32,000 nucleotides of DNA from Nitratidesulfovibrio vulgaris str. Hildenborough (GTDB lineage Bacteria > Desulfobacterota > Desulfovibrionia > Desulfovibrionales > Desulfovibrionaceae). The stretch spans positions 1,800,001 through 1,832,000 of the forward strand of contig NC_002937.3 in NCBI RefSeq assembly GCF_000195755.1, given 5' to 3'. Position numbers and translations under genes: made by a program. This document shows, piece after piece, positions 21,372 to 30,128 of the stretch. Position 1 is the stretch's first letter, and each line of letters opens with the position of its first letter. Below the pieces are notes generated by a model, which was not told where the DNA came from, ran no database searches, and saw only the letters and a list, made by a program, of their open reading frames with translations.

Positions 21372-21635
21372 ATGCAACAGACGCAAGACCAGTTCGACGA
21401 AGCAGTCACCAAGGCATTCCGCGATGCGGCGGAAACACAGCGCATCCTGTCCTTGCCCTACATCACTGCCACAGAGGCAGCCAAGGTCTACCCCATCGGC
21501 AAGTCCACGCTCGACAAGATGCGCGCCAAGAGGACGGGCCCCGTGTACTTCCATGTCTCCGGCAAGGCCAACGCCTTTTATACCCACGAAGACATCCGCA
21601 CGTGGCTCAACAAGCATCGTCAGCGGGTGATGTAG
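21372..21635 (+). CDS. Excisionase/AlpA-like HTH protein
   Basis: YITATEAAKVYPIGKSTLDKMRAKRTGPVYFHVSGKANAFYTHEDIRTWL. GAGGA RBS. Its 3' end is convergent with and overlaps the integrase. Confidence 0.6.
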   Translation: MQQTQDQFDEAVTKAFRDAAETQRILSLPYITATEAAKVYPIGKSTLDKMRAKRTGPVYFHVSGKANAFYTHEDIRTWLNKHRQRVM

Positions 21636-22728
21636 GCAACTCGGGCAGCAACGCCATCGCGTCGTGTTTCGTGTCCGGAGATAGCTTCGAATACCGCTTC
21701 GTCATCTCAAGCGATGAGTGCCCCATCAATACGGCTATCGTATAGAGGGGCACTCCTCGTTGGGCGAGCCACGAACCGAACGTGTGCCGCAACGTGTGAA
21801 AGACGACCTTGTGCCGGGCATCTGTCACGCCGTCGTTGAAAAGCTCATCAGCAACGCGCGAGAACACGGACGAGATGTATCGAACCCTTCCGCCACCTCT
21901 CTGTACGAAGACGAATTCCTTCGCATCCCGGCCAGCGCATCTGGCAGCGAGTATCTCTTTCACACCAGCCGTCATATAGGCGGCCCTCGTGCCCGCCTTC
22001 GCGTCCATGACGTCGATGACCCCGTCCGCCACGTTCACATGCCCCACCTGTAGGCCCAGCACCTCGCCAAGCCGCATGCCGGTGTAAAGAGACAGGTACG
22101 CGATGTCGTGCCACTGACGGCTGCGCCTGTGGAGTGCGTGCAGCAGGCTCGCCGCCTCCGCCTCGGTCAGAAAGCGGAGACGCGCCGCATCGACCTTGGG
22201 CATCTCCACCCCGTCGGTCGGGCTCGTGCCGGTGTAGATGCCCCACGCCACGCACTTCCTGTAGACCTGCCGCACCAGCGCGATTGCATGTCGTATCGTC
22301 TGTGGCGACCGCCCCTTCTCCGCCATCGACCGCTTGAGCTCCTCGATGTGGATGGGCTTGATCCTGTCCATCTTCGCATCCCCGAAGAGAGGGGCGATGT
22401 GGTGCTCGAAGTACCCTCGCATGTGACTTTCAGACGACTTGCCTTTGGCATGAACCGTCAAGTATCGCTCCAGGGCATCGCGAAAGACAGGCATCTCGTC
22501 GCGTGCGATGAACCGCCCGGCCTCGACCTCCTTGACCCGCTCAGCCCGCACACGAGCGGCATACGCGGCGTTGACGCCTTCGCTCTTACGCCCTATTGTC
22601 TCCCACACTTTCTTGCCGCCATGGCGGTAGGCTATGTCGAAGGCGATGTCCTGCTTGCCAGACACCCGGTGAATCACGAGTCTTTCGTATACTCCCGGAT
22701 ACTTAGTAGAGCTTCGCTGACTGGCCAT
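21607..22728 (-). CDS. int: Tyrosine integrase (phage integrase family)
   Basis: Full two-domain architecture. LYTGMRLGEVLGLQVGHV (Arg I), FHTLRHTFGSWL (H-x-x-R), LMGHSSLEMTKRYSKL (His...Tyr). Start moved to the ATG at 22728 behind GGGAGGA (the track starts at 22749). Confidence 0.9.
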   Translation of the reverse strand: MASQRSSTKYPGVYERLVIHRVSGKQDIAFDIAYRHGGKKVWETIGRKSEGVNAAYAARVRAERVKEVEAGRFIARDEMPVFRDALERYLTVHAKGKSSESHMRGYFEHHIAPLFGDAKMDRIKPIHIEELKRSMAEKGRSPQTIRHAIALVRQVYRKCVAWGIYTGTSPTDGVEMPKVDAARLRFLTEAEAASLLHALHRRSRQWHDIAYLSLYTGMRLGEVLGLQVGHVNVADGVIDVMDAKAGTRAAYMTAGVKEILAARCAGRDAKEFVFVQRGGGRVRYISSVFSRVADELFNDGVTDARHKVVFHTLRHTFGSWLAQRGVPLYTIAVLMGHSSLEMTKRYSKLSPDTKHDAMALLPELPTSPADDAC

Positions 22729-22870
22729 AGGTTCCTCCCGTGCTACCACCCTGCTACCACACGATGGAATTCCGGGGCAATGCGGGGAACCGCAAGAAAA
22801 CGTAACAACCTGTTATCAAAAGAATTGAACACACGAAGACGGTACAGGAATCAGCTGAAAACGGCCTTTA

Positions 22871-22920
22871 AGCGCCTCCTAAGCGCTAGGCCACAAGTTC
22901 GATTCTTGTCAGGCGCACCA
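22871..22920 (+). other. 3' fragment of tRNA-Arg(CCU), anticodon arm to CCA: putative attachment-site (attR) remnant
   Basis: AGCGC-ctCCTaa-GCGCT anticodon arm, variable AGGCC, T-arm ACAAG-TTCGATT-CTTGT, acceptor 3' strand CAGGCGC, discriminator A, CCA. No complementary GCGCCTG acceptor strand or D-arm upstream, so the tRNA is not intact. Confidence 0.7.
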
Positions 22921-22928
22921 TGACTCCA

Positions 22929-22961
22929 AAAGGCCGTCTCCTCGCGCAGGCGGCCTTTTTT
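22929..22961 (+). terminator. Terminator immediately after the tRNA fragment
   Basis: AAAGGCCG-N14-CGGCCTTT followed by TTT. Confidence 0.65.
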
Positions 22962-23073
22962 CTTTGCAGCACGGACACGCTCCCGTATTGCCGAGCATGA
23001 GTATGCCGTTGCTTCGGCTATTCTGGTGCGTTAGAGTCCACAAGCGAACACATCCACAACGTGCGAGGCCTTC

Positions 23074-23781
23074 ATGCCCCATCTCCGCTATCTCATCTGC
23101 CTTCTCGGCACTCTACTCCTCACCGCATGTGCGCCGGCCCAGCGCGGTGTTTCAGGCAACACATTCATGTCCCGGTCGCCCGAGTTCACCTTTGTCACAC
23201 CGAAACTCGAGCCGAGGTATTCCGCAACGATTGATGCCATCCTCGCGCAGACGGGCTTCAACAAGGCACCACTCACCTACATGGTCAGCGAGGGCGAGGT
23301 CGAAGGTACACGCGCCGCTGCCATCGTCATCGTAGCCGAGTCCCCCGGAGGCTGGCGCTGGAAACAACTCACCCCCTCGGCAGCACATCTCCTTGGCGTC
23401 TCACACCGGGTGACCATCGCGGGAAAAAGCTTCAACGCCATCAGCTTCAGATATGAGAAAGGGCAGGACTGCTTCGGCATATCCAAAGGACGAGACTGGA
23501 TAGTCAGACGATTCACGCGCCTTGAACGACACGACAGCCAGCAATTGTTCATCGAATACCGGGAATACTCCCCCGGCCACGCCACAGCCGACCGGCTGCA
23601 CGACTTCGAAGAAAGGGCACAGCAGGCATTTGAGCTTTCGTTCAACGCCCCTTCAAGCAAACTCGTGTTCGACTCCCTTGCCGCAATGCCGGGGCTTTCC
23701 CCGCTTCATATCGGAACGCTGATGGGGCCGATGGAGAGAATTCCCCTCCCGTTGTACACACCGAAAACAACGCAGAGATAG
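23074..23781 (+). CDS. Lipoprotein of unknown function
   Basis: Signal peptide with lipobox: MPHLRYLICLLGTLLLTAC. Confidence 0.6.
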   Translation: MPHLRYLICLLGTLLLTACAPAQRGVSGNTFMSRSPEFTFVTPKLEPRYSATIDAILAQTGFNKAPLTYMVSEGEVEGTRAAAIVIVAESPGGWRWKQLTPSAAHLLGVSHRVTIAGKSFNAISFRYEKGQDCFGISKGRDWIVRRFTRLERHDSQQLFIEYREYSPGHATADRLHDFEERAQQAFELSFNAPSSKLVFDSLAAMPGLSPLHIGTLMGPMERIPLPLYTPKTTQR

Positions 23782-23786
23782 CACCG

Positions 23787-23825
23787 CATGAAACGCGCCG
23801 ATGAAGGTCCTCGGCGCGTTTCATG
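23787..23825. terminator. 15-bp perfect hairpin between convergent genes
   Basis: CATGAAACGCGCCGA-N9-TCGGCGCGTTTCATG. No strong U-tract. Confidence 0.45.
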
Positions 23826-23945
23826 TATGAATCCGCAGGGCACTCTGCCCAACACCACGCAGACATTTAGGATGACGGCCACGCAGATAAAGACGCTACG
23901 GCGTGCCCTTAACAAGGGAGGCTTTAACGCGCCATGCGAGGCTTA

Positions 23946-24461
23946 TTACTCGGTCTTACTCACATCACACTGCGACGGTTCAACTGTCTCTCCACACCCT
24001 CCGACCGGGGTGCCCCCAAACGCACCGACCTTCCATGGAAGAAGCTCACGGGCAGCCTCAAGCGCATGACGTTCCACAGACTGGAACCATGCCTCATAGC
24101 CTTCAGTGATGCGACGCCCCTCGTCGGTCAGGCGATAGCCATCGCGATTGCTCCCCTGCTTCTCGACCAGCTTGCAGCCCAACGCCTCTTCGGAATGCTT
24201 GAGCTTTCCCCATGCGGCCCGGTATGACATGCCCAGCGATTCTGCGGCTTTCTTGAGGGAACCGCACTCCTCCACCTTACGCAGCAGAAGAACGCGCCCC
24301 ATGCCGAACAGCATGCCCCCCTCCCTCTCAAGCCAGAGATGGAGACGAATTGTGACATCCGTTGACGAGGTGTCCTGGCTGAATAACGATGATGTTCTAA
24401 CAACACCAGATTGCGGTGGGGGCATAGCGCCTTGCCTCTCGATCGATGTCTTTTGTGACAT
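23946..24461 (-). CDS. ModE-N-terminal-like winged-helix transcriptional regulator
   Basis: LFGMGRVLLLRKVEECGSLKKAAESLGMSYRAAWGKLKHSEEALGCKLVEKQGSNRDGYRLTDEG. ATG at 24461 behind GAGGTG (the track starts at GTG 24470). Confidence 0.6.
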   Translation of the reverse strand: MSQKTSIERQGAMPPPQSGVVRTSSLFSQDTSSTDVTIRLHLWLEREGGMLFGMGRVLLLRKVEECGSLKKAAESLGMSYRAAWGKLKHSEEALGCKLVEKQGSNRDGYRLTDEGRRITEGYEAWFQSVERHALEAARELLPWKVGAFGGTPVGGCGETVEPSQCDVSKTE

Positions 24462-24705
24462 AATGAGCACCTCAAAAAAACCGCCTCCCGAAAATGACGG
24501 AACGCGGCTACAAACCGACGCGTAACCACGCCCCCCAGCACAGGAGGTAGCGTGGACGCCTCATTGCATACACCAAACGATGCAGCCTGAACAGCGTTGC
24601 CACAGCTGCTTGCGAGGACACTGCCCAGTCAAAAACAAGTAGTTATCGCAGAGTTTTGACGGAGAAAATGAAAGCCATCCCCGCTGACTTGGAATCCAGT
24701 GGCGG

Positions 24706-24749
24706 ACAAAAAGAAGAAAACGGGGCCCCCCCGCTGCTGCGAAGGGGCC
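24706..24749 (-). terminator. Terminator-like hairpin after the small peptide gene
   Basis: On the minus strand: GGCCCC-N14-GGGGCC followed by CCGTTTTCTTCTTTTT. Confidence 0.4.
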
Positions 24750-24755
24750 TCATGG

Positions 24756-24848
24756 TCAATGCTTGAGACTCTTTGTGTAAAGAAAGAAACCGATGACTCC
24801 GAGAATCACGACTGCTGCGACGATACAACCAAGGTCAGCGAGACTCAT
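24756..24848 (-). CDS. Possible 30-aa membrane peptide downstream of tetR
   Basis: GGAGG sits 5 nt before the ATG. My translation is MSLADLGCIVAAVVILGVIGFFLYTKSLKH. Followed by a terminator. Below the ORF-track size cutoff. Confidence 0.35.
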   Translation of the reverse strand: MSLADLGCIVAAVVILGVIGFFLYTKSLKH

Positions 24849-24952
24849 GACTACCTCCGCGGAATTTCCGCAGGTTCCGGCAGGCGGCTTATGTCGTCCA
24901 CCATGTTCGCCCTGTGCCAGGGCAACGACCGGCCATATGCCGGTTCACCGTA

Positions 24953-25537
24953 TTACGCATGATGTCCTAGTGCCTTCCCGTAGAATGCCACGAGGTGGGA
25001 CACGACATCATAGTCACGTCTGAACCCTGAAAGCTTCAATCTGGCCAATCCATGGATTGCACCGAGAATCATGAATGCCATTTCATCTGTATCGCTGCAG
25101 ATAAAATCGCCTGATCTCACGCCAGATTCGAGAGTATCGAGAATCGCCATGAACAGGTGTTCATAGAAACCTAGCGACGGCCCCCCCCGTCCACCTACGA
25201 CTTCCACACCTCCCGCCACGCAATCGACACTGACGGCATGCAGAAACAGTGCATCCTGCTGGCATTCATCGATGAACCGGAAGTGATGGACGAAGATTGC
25301 CGCAAGACGCTCAGGCGGCGGGGCAAGACCTGCCGCCGATTCGAGACCCTGCATGTAACTGCCTTCGATTTCGGAGGTAATGGCAGAGAGAGCGGCGTCT
25401 TTTGATTTGAAATAATAGAAGAAAAGCCCCTTGGCCAAACCCGCTTCGGCAGTGATGCGCGCAACGGTGGTAGCGCGTGCACCTTCGGCGGCAACGAGTC
25501 GTTTCGTGGCATCAAGAAGATCCTGACGGCTTTGCAT
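24953..25537 (-). CDS. TetR/AcrR-family transcriptional regulator
   Basis: LLDATKRLVAAEGARATTVARITAEAGLAKGLFFYYFKSKDAAL. Confidence 0.85.
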   Translation of the reverse strand: MQSRQDLLDATKRLVAAEGARATTVARITAEAGLAKGLFFYYFKSKDAALSAITSEIEGSYMQGLESAAGLAPPPERLAAIFVHHFRFIDECQQDALFLHAVSVDCVAGGVEVVGGRGGPSLGFYEHLFMAILDTLESGVRSGDFICSDTDEMAFMILGAIHGLARLKLSGFRRDYDVVSHLVAFYGKALGHHA

Positions 25538-25546
25538 GACGGCTCC

Positions 25547-25580
25547 TTGACCAAGTGGTCAATCTTGACCGTATGGTCAA
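25547..25580. promoter_or_regulatory. Two tandem perfect palindromes TTGACC-N4-GGTCAA (TetR operator candidates)
   Basis: 25547-25562 (TTGACCaagtGGTCAA) and 25565-25580 (TTGACCgtatGGTCAA), centres 18 bp apart. They lie immediately upstream of tetR in the tetR/yccF divergent region. Confidence 0.6.
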
Positions 25581-25785
25581 CAAAAATGACGCCCGACGTC
25601 AAGTGAAAAATAGAACAATAGGACTGCGCCGATCGAAGTGCTTGCATCTCTTGGCAGGTACAACCTTTCGGGTTATCCATCAGATACTGGGTGAACACGT
25701 ACCCGCACTGCACTACAAATCCTGCTACGCCAGCGGTGACGCCTGACGTATGTGACGTTGGTCAGCACACGAACAAGGAGCAATC

Positions 25786-26244
25786 ATGCGCGCCATCGGC
25801 AATCTCATCTGGTTTCTTTTTGGTGGAGTATTCATGGGGCTGGCATGGTGGCTGGCGGGGCTGCTTGCGCTCATTTCCATCGTGGGCATTCCTTGGGCAC
25901 GAGCCTGTTTCGTTATCGGCGGTTTCACCTTCTTTCCTTTCGGCAAGGAAGCCATAGACCGTGAAGACCTCACGGGCAGAGGGGACATCGGAACCGGGGT
26001 GCTTGGAACCATCGGCAACGTCATCTGGTTCCTCTTTGCCGGGTTATGGCTCGCACTCGGCCATGTCGCCTCCGCCATTGCCTGCGCCCTGACCATCATC
26101 GGCATCCCCTTTGCGTGGCAGCACCTCAAGCTTGCAGGCATCGCACTTGCCCCTGTCGGAAAGACCGTGGTTCCTGTGGAAGTCGCAGATGCCGCTTATC
26201 GCTCCAATGCCGAACGCACCATCTACGACATGCGCCGCCGCTGA
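25786..26244 (+). CDS. yccF: YccF-family inner membrane protein
   Basis: Duplicated motif: GNLIWFLFGG...GIPWARACF and GNVIWFLFAG...GIPFAWQHLKLA. AAGGAG RBS. Confidence 0.8.
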   Translation: MRAIGNLIWFLFGGVFMGLAWWLAGLLALISIVGIPWARACFVIGGFTFFPFGKEAIDREDLTGRGDIGTGVLGTIGNVIWFLFAGLWLALGHVASAIACALTIIGIPFAWQHLKLAGIALAPVGKTVVPVEVADAAYRSNAERTIYDMRRR

Positions 26245-26300
26245 TGGATGAAGTCCCCATCTCCGGCTGATCGAGGCCTCGCCTTATCATTGCCCGGACA

Positions 26301-26340
26301 TGCAGACGCACGCTCATCTCCTGATGGGCGTGCGTCTGCA
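26301..26340. repeat. Long GC-rich hairpin (13-bp perfect stem plus 4-bp inner stem)
   Basis: TGCAGACGCACGC-N14-GCGTGCGTCTGCA. The loop contains CATC/GATG. No U-tract. 57 nt downstream of yccF. Confidence 0.6.
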
Positions 26341-27037
26341 CGATAGTGGCAGGTGACCGGTGGGAACAAAGCGCCCTCTCCGAGGCAGGCTTGTCGTTCA
26401 TGTTCCTGCAGGTCGCTGACCGTACAGCCCCCCCACGTACCCTCTTTACCCTGCCCATATGGCTTGGTTGCAGCCATCCGATTGCCGCATACCAATTCTC
26501 CAACACATTGAATCGTCTCGCTACGATAGATAAAACCTCTACGTATAAAGCCCTCACATTGGTAACACGTATTTGACAAATGTGACACGCAAGACTAAAA
26601 GAACCGTGGGCGAACCCGCCCTACCTCGTAACACACAGCCCGAACAGACAATCCACGGGCACAGGATGCGGCGATGGATGTGCTGGTTATCACGGGGCTG
26701 AGACAAAGACGCGTAGCAACGCATTCACAGCTGAAAGCCGACCATCCCGACGACAGCATTCTGGCGAATGTGGGGGGCATGGCAATCCATGCCTCACCGG
26801 GTGATGATGCACACCCTGGCCCTGCGGCTGGCTTGTACGCACGGTCGCCCTCCCCTCACTCCATGACTGCCCCGTCCATTCTTACTCCCTCTTGCTTTTC
26901 TGGAAGAACCGTTCCATACCGCCCGGTTCCGGACACCAGCTCTTCGCACTCGTGCAGAAAACCGGCTGAGCACAATCCCGGTTCCAGAGGCACGTTGCCG
27001 GGTGTCCGCACGACAGCAGACCCATGCGGAGGACACC

Positions 27038-27307
27038 ATGTCCAGTGAACGGTGCAAGCGCGTCGGTGTCGTCGCCATTCTCGTGCGCGACCCGGCGAAT
27101 AACGCTGGGGCGGTCAACACCATCATCAGCGACTTCGGCAGGCTGGTCATCGGCAGGATGGGAGTGCCCTACCGCGAACGCGGCGTGAGCATCATCTCCC
27201 TGCTTGTCGATGGCGATACGGATGAACTGGGAGCGATGACCGGCAGGCTGGGCAATCTGCCTGGTGTCCGGCTACGTACGCTCCTGCTGACCGACGACGC
27301 GGCTTAG
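27038..27307 (+). CDS. TM1266-like ACT-type putative iron-only hydrogenase system regulator
   Basis: RVGVVAILVRDPANNAGAVNTIISDFGRLVIGRMGVPYRERGVSIISLLVDGDTDELGAMTGRLGNLPGVR. GGAGGA RBS. Position immediately upstream of hydG. Confidence 0.6.
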   Translation: MSSERCKRVGVVAILVRDPANNAGAVNTIISDFGRLVIGRMGVPYRERGVSIISLLVDGDTDELGAMTGRLGNLPGVRLRTLLLTDDAA

Positions 27308-27334
27308 CCCCGCCGTCGCGGTGAGGAGACCCGC

Positions 27335-28729
27335 ATGGCAGAGATGAAGGCTACCTGGCTGGACGACGCCGCACTGGAAGCGACGCTCGAGCGCAACGCT
27401 CAAGAAGATGCGGTGAAGGCCCGCGAGGTCATCGCCAAGGCAAGGCTACTCGGCGGACTCGACCTTGACGACGTGGCAACGCTCATCGCCCTCCGCGACC
27501 CCGAACTCGTAGAGGAGATGTTCCAGACCGCCCGCGACGTGAAGGAAGAGATCTACGGTAACCGCCTCGTGCTCTTTGCGCCGCTCTACATCTCGAACCT
27601 GTGCTCCAACGAATGTCTCTACTGTGCCTTCAGACGATCGAACACCGAACTCGATCGCAAGGCGCTGGACATGGATGCCATAGCCGACGAGACACGACTC
27701 ATCGTCCAGCAGGGCCACAAGCGCATCCTGCTTGTAGCGGGCGAATCGTACCCGCGCGAGGGCTTCGACTACGTGCTGCGCGCCATTGATGCCGTCTATT
27801 CGGTACACGAGGGCACAGGCGAGATACGCCGACTCAACGTCAACGTCGCCCCTCTCACCGTCGAGCAGTTCCGCAACCTCAAGGCCCGCGACATCGGGAC
27901 ATATCAGCTCTTTCAGGAGACGTACCACCGGGGCACCTACGCGAAGGTGCATCTGGCCGGCCCGAAGAAGGACTTCGACTGGCGCGCCACCGCCATGGAC
28001 CGTGCCATGGAAGCGGGTATCGACGACGTGGGTATCGGACCGTTGTTCGGCCTGTACGACTGGCGCTTCGAGGTACTCGCCACCCTGCGCCACGCACAGC
28101 ACCTTGAAGAGGCCTTCGGCGTGGGATGTCACACCATCAGCGTGCCTCGTCTCGAACCCGCCTGCGGTTCGGACATGGCGTCGAACCCGCCAAGGCCCGT
28201 CTCCAACGCCGACTTCATGCGCCTTGTCGCCATCCTTCGGCTTGCCGTGCCGTATACCGGCATCATCATGTCCACGCGCGAAAGCGCCGAGATGCGTACA
28301 CAGACGCTGGCCCTCGGCGTTTCACAGATATCTGCCGGCAGCCGCACGAACCCCGGCGGCTATGCCGAGAACGAACGCGAAGAGGCAGCCCAATTCCAGC
28401 TGGGCGACCACAGGTCGCTTTCGGAAGTGATCGCCGATGTGGGCAGCATGGGGTACATCCCCTCGTTCTGTACCGCCTGCTATCGCATGGGCCGCACTGG
28501 GCACGACTTCATGGACCTCGCCAAACCGGGGCTCATCAAGCAGAAGTGCGGGCCCAACGCCCTCGCCACCTTCAAGGAGTACCTGCTCGACTACGGCACT
28601 CCCGAGGCGCGGGCCGTGGGCGAATCGGTCATCGCAGCCGACCTCGGCAAACTCGACGAGAAGACGCGCCGTGTGGCTGAACGACTCATCGCCCGTGTGG
28701 ACGAGGGCCGTCGGGATGTCTTTGTCTGA
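27335..28729 (+). CDS. hydG: [FeFe]-hydrogenase H-cluster radical SAM maturase HydG
   Basis: CSNECLYCAF radical-SAM CX3CX2C motif. C-terminal IPSFCTACYRMGRTGHDFMDLAKPGLIKQKCGPNA. 464 aa. hydE and hydF lie downstream. Confidence 0.85.
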   Translation: MAEMKATWLDDAALEATLERNAQEDAVKAREVIAKARLLGGLDLDDVATLIALRDPELVEEMFQTARDVKEEIYGNRLVLFAPLYISNLCSNECLYCAFRRSNTELDRKALDMDAIADETRLIVQQGHKRILLVAGESYPREGFDYVLRAIDAVYSVHEGTGEIRRLNVNVAPLTVEQFRNLKARDIGTYQLFQETYHRGTYAKVHLAGPKKDFDWRATAMDRAMEAGIDDVGIGPLFGLYDWRFEVLATLRHAQHLEEAFGVGCHTISVPRLEPACGSDMASNPPRPVSNADFMRLVAILRLAVPYTGIIMSTRESAEMRTQTLALGVSQISAGSRTNPGGYAENEREEAAQFQLGDHRSLSEVIADVGSMGYIPSFCTACYRMGRTGHDFMDLAKPGLIKQKCGPNALATFKEYLLDYGTPEARAVGESVIAADLGKLDEKTRRVAERLIARVDEGRRDVFV

Positions 28730-30128
28730 TCAGGACGCCATCCGCATCGAGCACGACTTGCTCGGCGACTGTGCGGTTCCCCGCACGGCCTTGCACGGTG
28801 CGCATACGCAACGGGCGCTCTCCAATGTCGCCCTCAGCGGCCGCCCGTTGCACCCGGAAATCATCAGGGCATTCGGGGCCGTGAAGCGTGCCTGTGCACG
28901 TACCAACATGAACCTCGGCCACCTCTCCCGTGAGGTGGCCGAGGCCATCATCATGGCATGTGATGAGCTTGAAGATGGCGGGTTGGGCGAGCACATCGTG
29001 GTCGACGCACTGCAAGGCGGCGCTGGCACCTCCGCCAACATGAACGTCAACGAAGTGCTGGCGAACCGCGCCGAAGAGATGCTGGGCGGCACGCGAGGCC
29101 AGTACCAGCTTGTCGACCCGCTGGCGCACGTCAATCTGCATCAGTCCACCAACGATGTGTTCCCCACGGCAGTGCGGATTGCGGCATTGCGTCTGCTGGC
29201 GCGACTCGAACCGGCGATTGCCGCACTCCAGTCCGCATTCCAGACGCACGAGGCATCGTTCGCGCAGGTGGTGCGGCTGGGGCGCACCCAGTTGCAGGAT
29301 GCCGTGCCCATGACATTCGGGGCAGCCTGTGGCGCGTGGGCCGAAGCCCTTTCGCGGGACAGGTGGCGCGTGTTCAAGTGTTCGGAGAGACTGCGCGTCG
29401 TCAATCTGGGAGGAACCGCCATCGGCACCGGCATCGCAGCCCCCCGAAGCTACATCCTCTCTGTCGTGGACAGGTTGCGTGAAGACACGGGCCTGCCTCT
29501 CGCAAGAGCAGAAAACCTCATGGACGCCACACAGAATGTCGATGCGTTCGTCGAGGTGTCTGGCATACTCAAGGCCCACGCCTCGAATCTGCTCAAGCTT
29601 TCCTCCGACCTGCGCCTGCTGGCGTCGGGGCCGGGTGGCGGCATCGGCGAGGTCGTACTCCCGCCCGTCCAGGCCGGGTCGAGCATCATGCCCGGCAAGG
29701 TCAACCCGGTCGTGTGCGAGACCGTGGCACAGGCGGCCATGCAGGCAACGGCCAACGACCTTGCCATCACCCTGTCCGCCCAGCACGGTCAGCTTGAACT
29801 GAACGCCTTCATGCCGCTCATCGCTGATGCGCTGCTGCATGGCATCGAGCTTCTCACGAATGCCTGCGACCTGTTCCGTACGCGCTGTGTCGAAGGGTTA
29901 CACCCTGATACGGAAACCTGCGCCCGGCACGTTTCCACATCGACAGCCACGCTTACGGCACTCGTTCCTGAAATCGGCTACGCCGCCGCCTCTGAAATGG
30001 CCCGCCACATGCGCGAACACGGCACGGACGTCTTCGGGGCTGCCAAAGCGACAGGACTCATCGACGAAGACCGGCTTGCAAGGCTGCTTTCTCCTGAACG
30101 TCTCGTGGCACTGGGGTACAGAGGATGA
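28716..30128 (+). CDS. Aspartate ammonia-lyase-like enzyme (class II fumarase/aspartase superfamily)
   Basis: Start at the ATG at 28716 (14-nt overlap with hydG). IEHDLLGDCAVP...HTQRALSN, TNMN, and the lyase signature GSSIMPGKVNP. Confidence 0.8.
   Translation: MSLSDQDAIRIEHDLLGDCAVPRTALHGAHTQRALSNVALSGRPLHPEIIRAFGAVKRACARTNMNLGHLSREVAEAIIMACDELEDGGLGEHIVVDALQGGAGTSANMNVNEVLANRAEEMLGGTRGQYQLVDPLAHVNLHQSTNDVFPTAVRIAALRLLARLEPAIAALQSAFQTHEASFAQVVRLGRTQLQDAVPMTFGAACGAWAEALSRDRWRVFKCSERLRVVNLGGTAIGTGIAAPRSYILSVVDRLREDTGLPLARAENLMDATQNVDAFVEVSGILKAHASNLLKLSSDLRLLASGPGGGIGEVVLPPVQAGSSIMPGKVNPVVCETVAQAAMQATANDLAITLSAQHGQLELNAFMPLIADALLHGIELLTNACDLFRTRCVEGLHPDTETCARHVSTSTATLTALVPEIGYAAASEMARHMREHGTDVFGAAKATGLIDEDRLARLLSPERLVALGYRG

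Larger units (their letters stand above)
1..22920. mobile_element. Integrated prophage/satellite-like genomic island; left end lies outside the window
   Basis: Phage-type genes (holin, lysis-associated protein, replisome-organizer-like, CI/Cro HTH pairs, Xis-like HTH), two tyrosine recombinases, TA modules and defence-type cargo. The right border is marked by a tRNA 3' fragment plus its terminator. AT-rich patches in a GC-rich background. Confidence 0.6.

Noticed and set aside
22845-22920. Intact tRNA-Arg gene
   Set aside because: No 5' acceptor strand complementary to CAGGCGC, and no D-arm with a GG loop can be formed from 22845-22870. Only the 3' 50 nt are tRNA-like.
24541-24590. 12-codon mini-ORF behind AGGAGG (GTG 24552)
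   Set aside because: The RBS is good, but the peptide is very short and has no recognisable leader-peptide or attenuator context. Not reportable as a gene.
27446-29840. Long minus-strand ORFs 27446..28132 (228 aa) and 28686..29840 (384 aa)
   Set aside because: Antisense to hydG and the aspartase-like gene, which carry unambiguous signatures. These are typical high-GC shadow ORFs.
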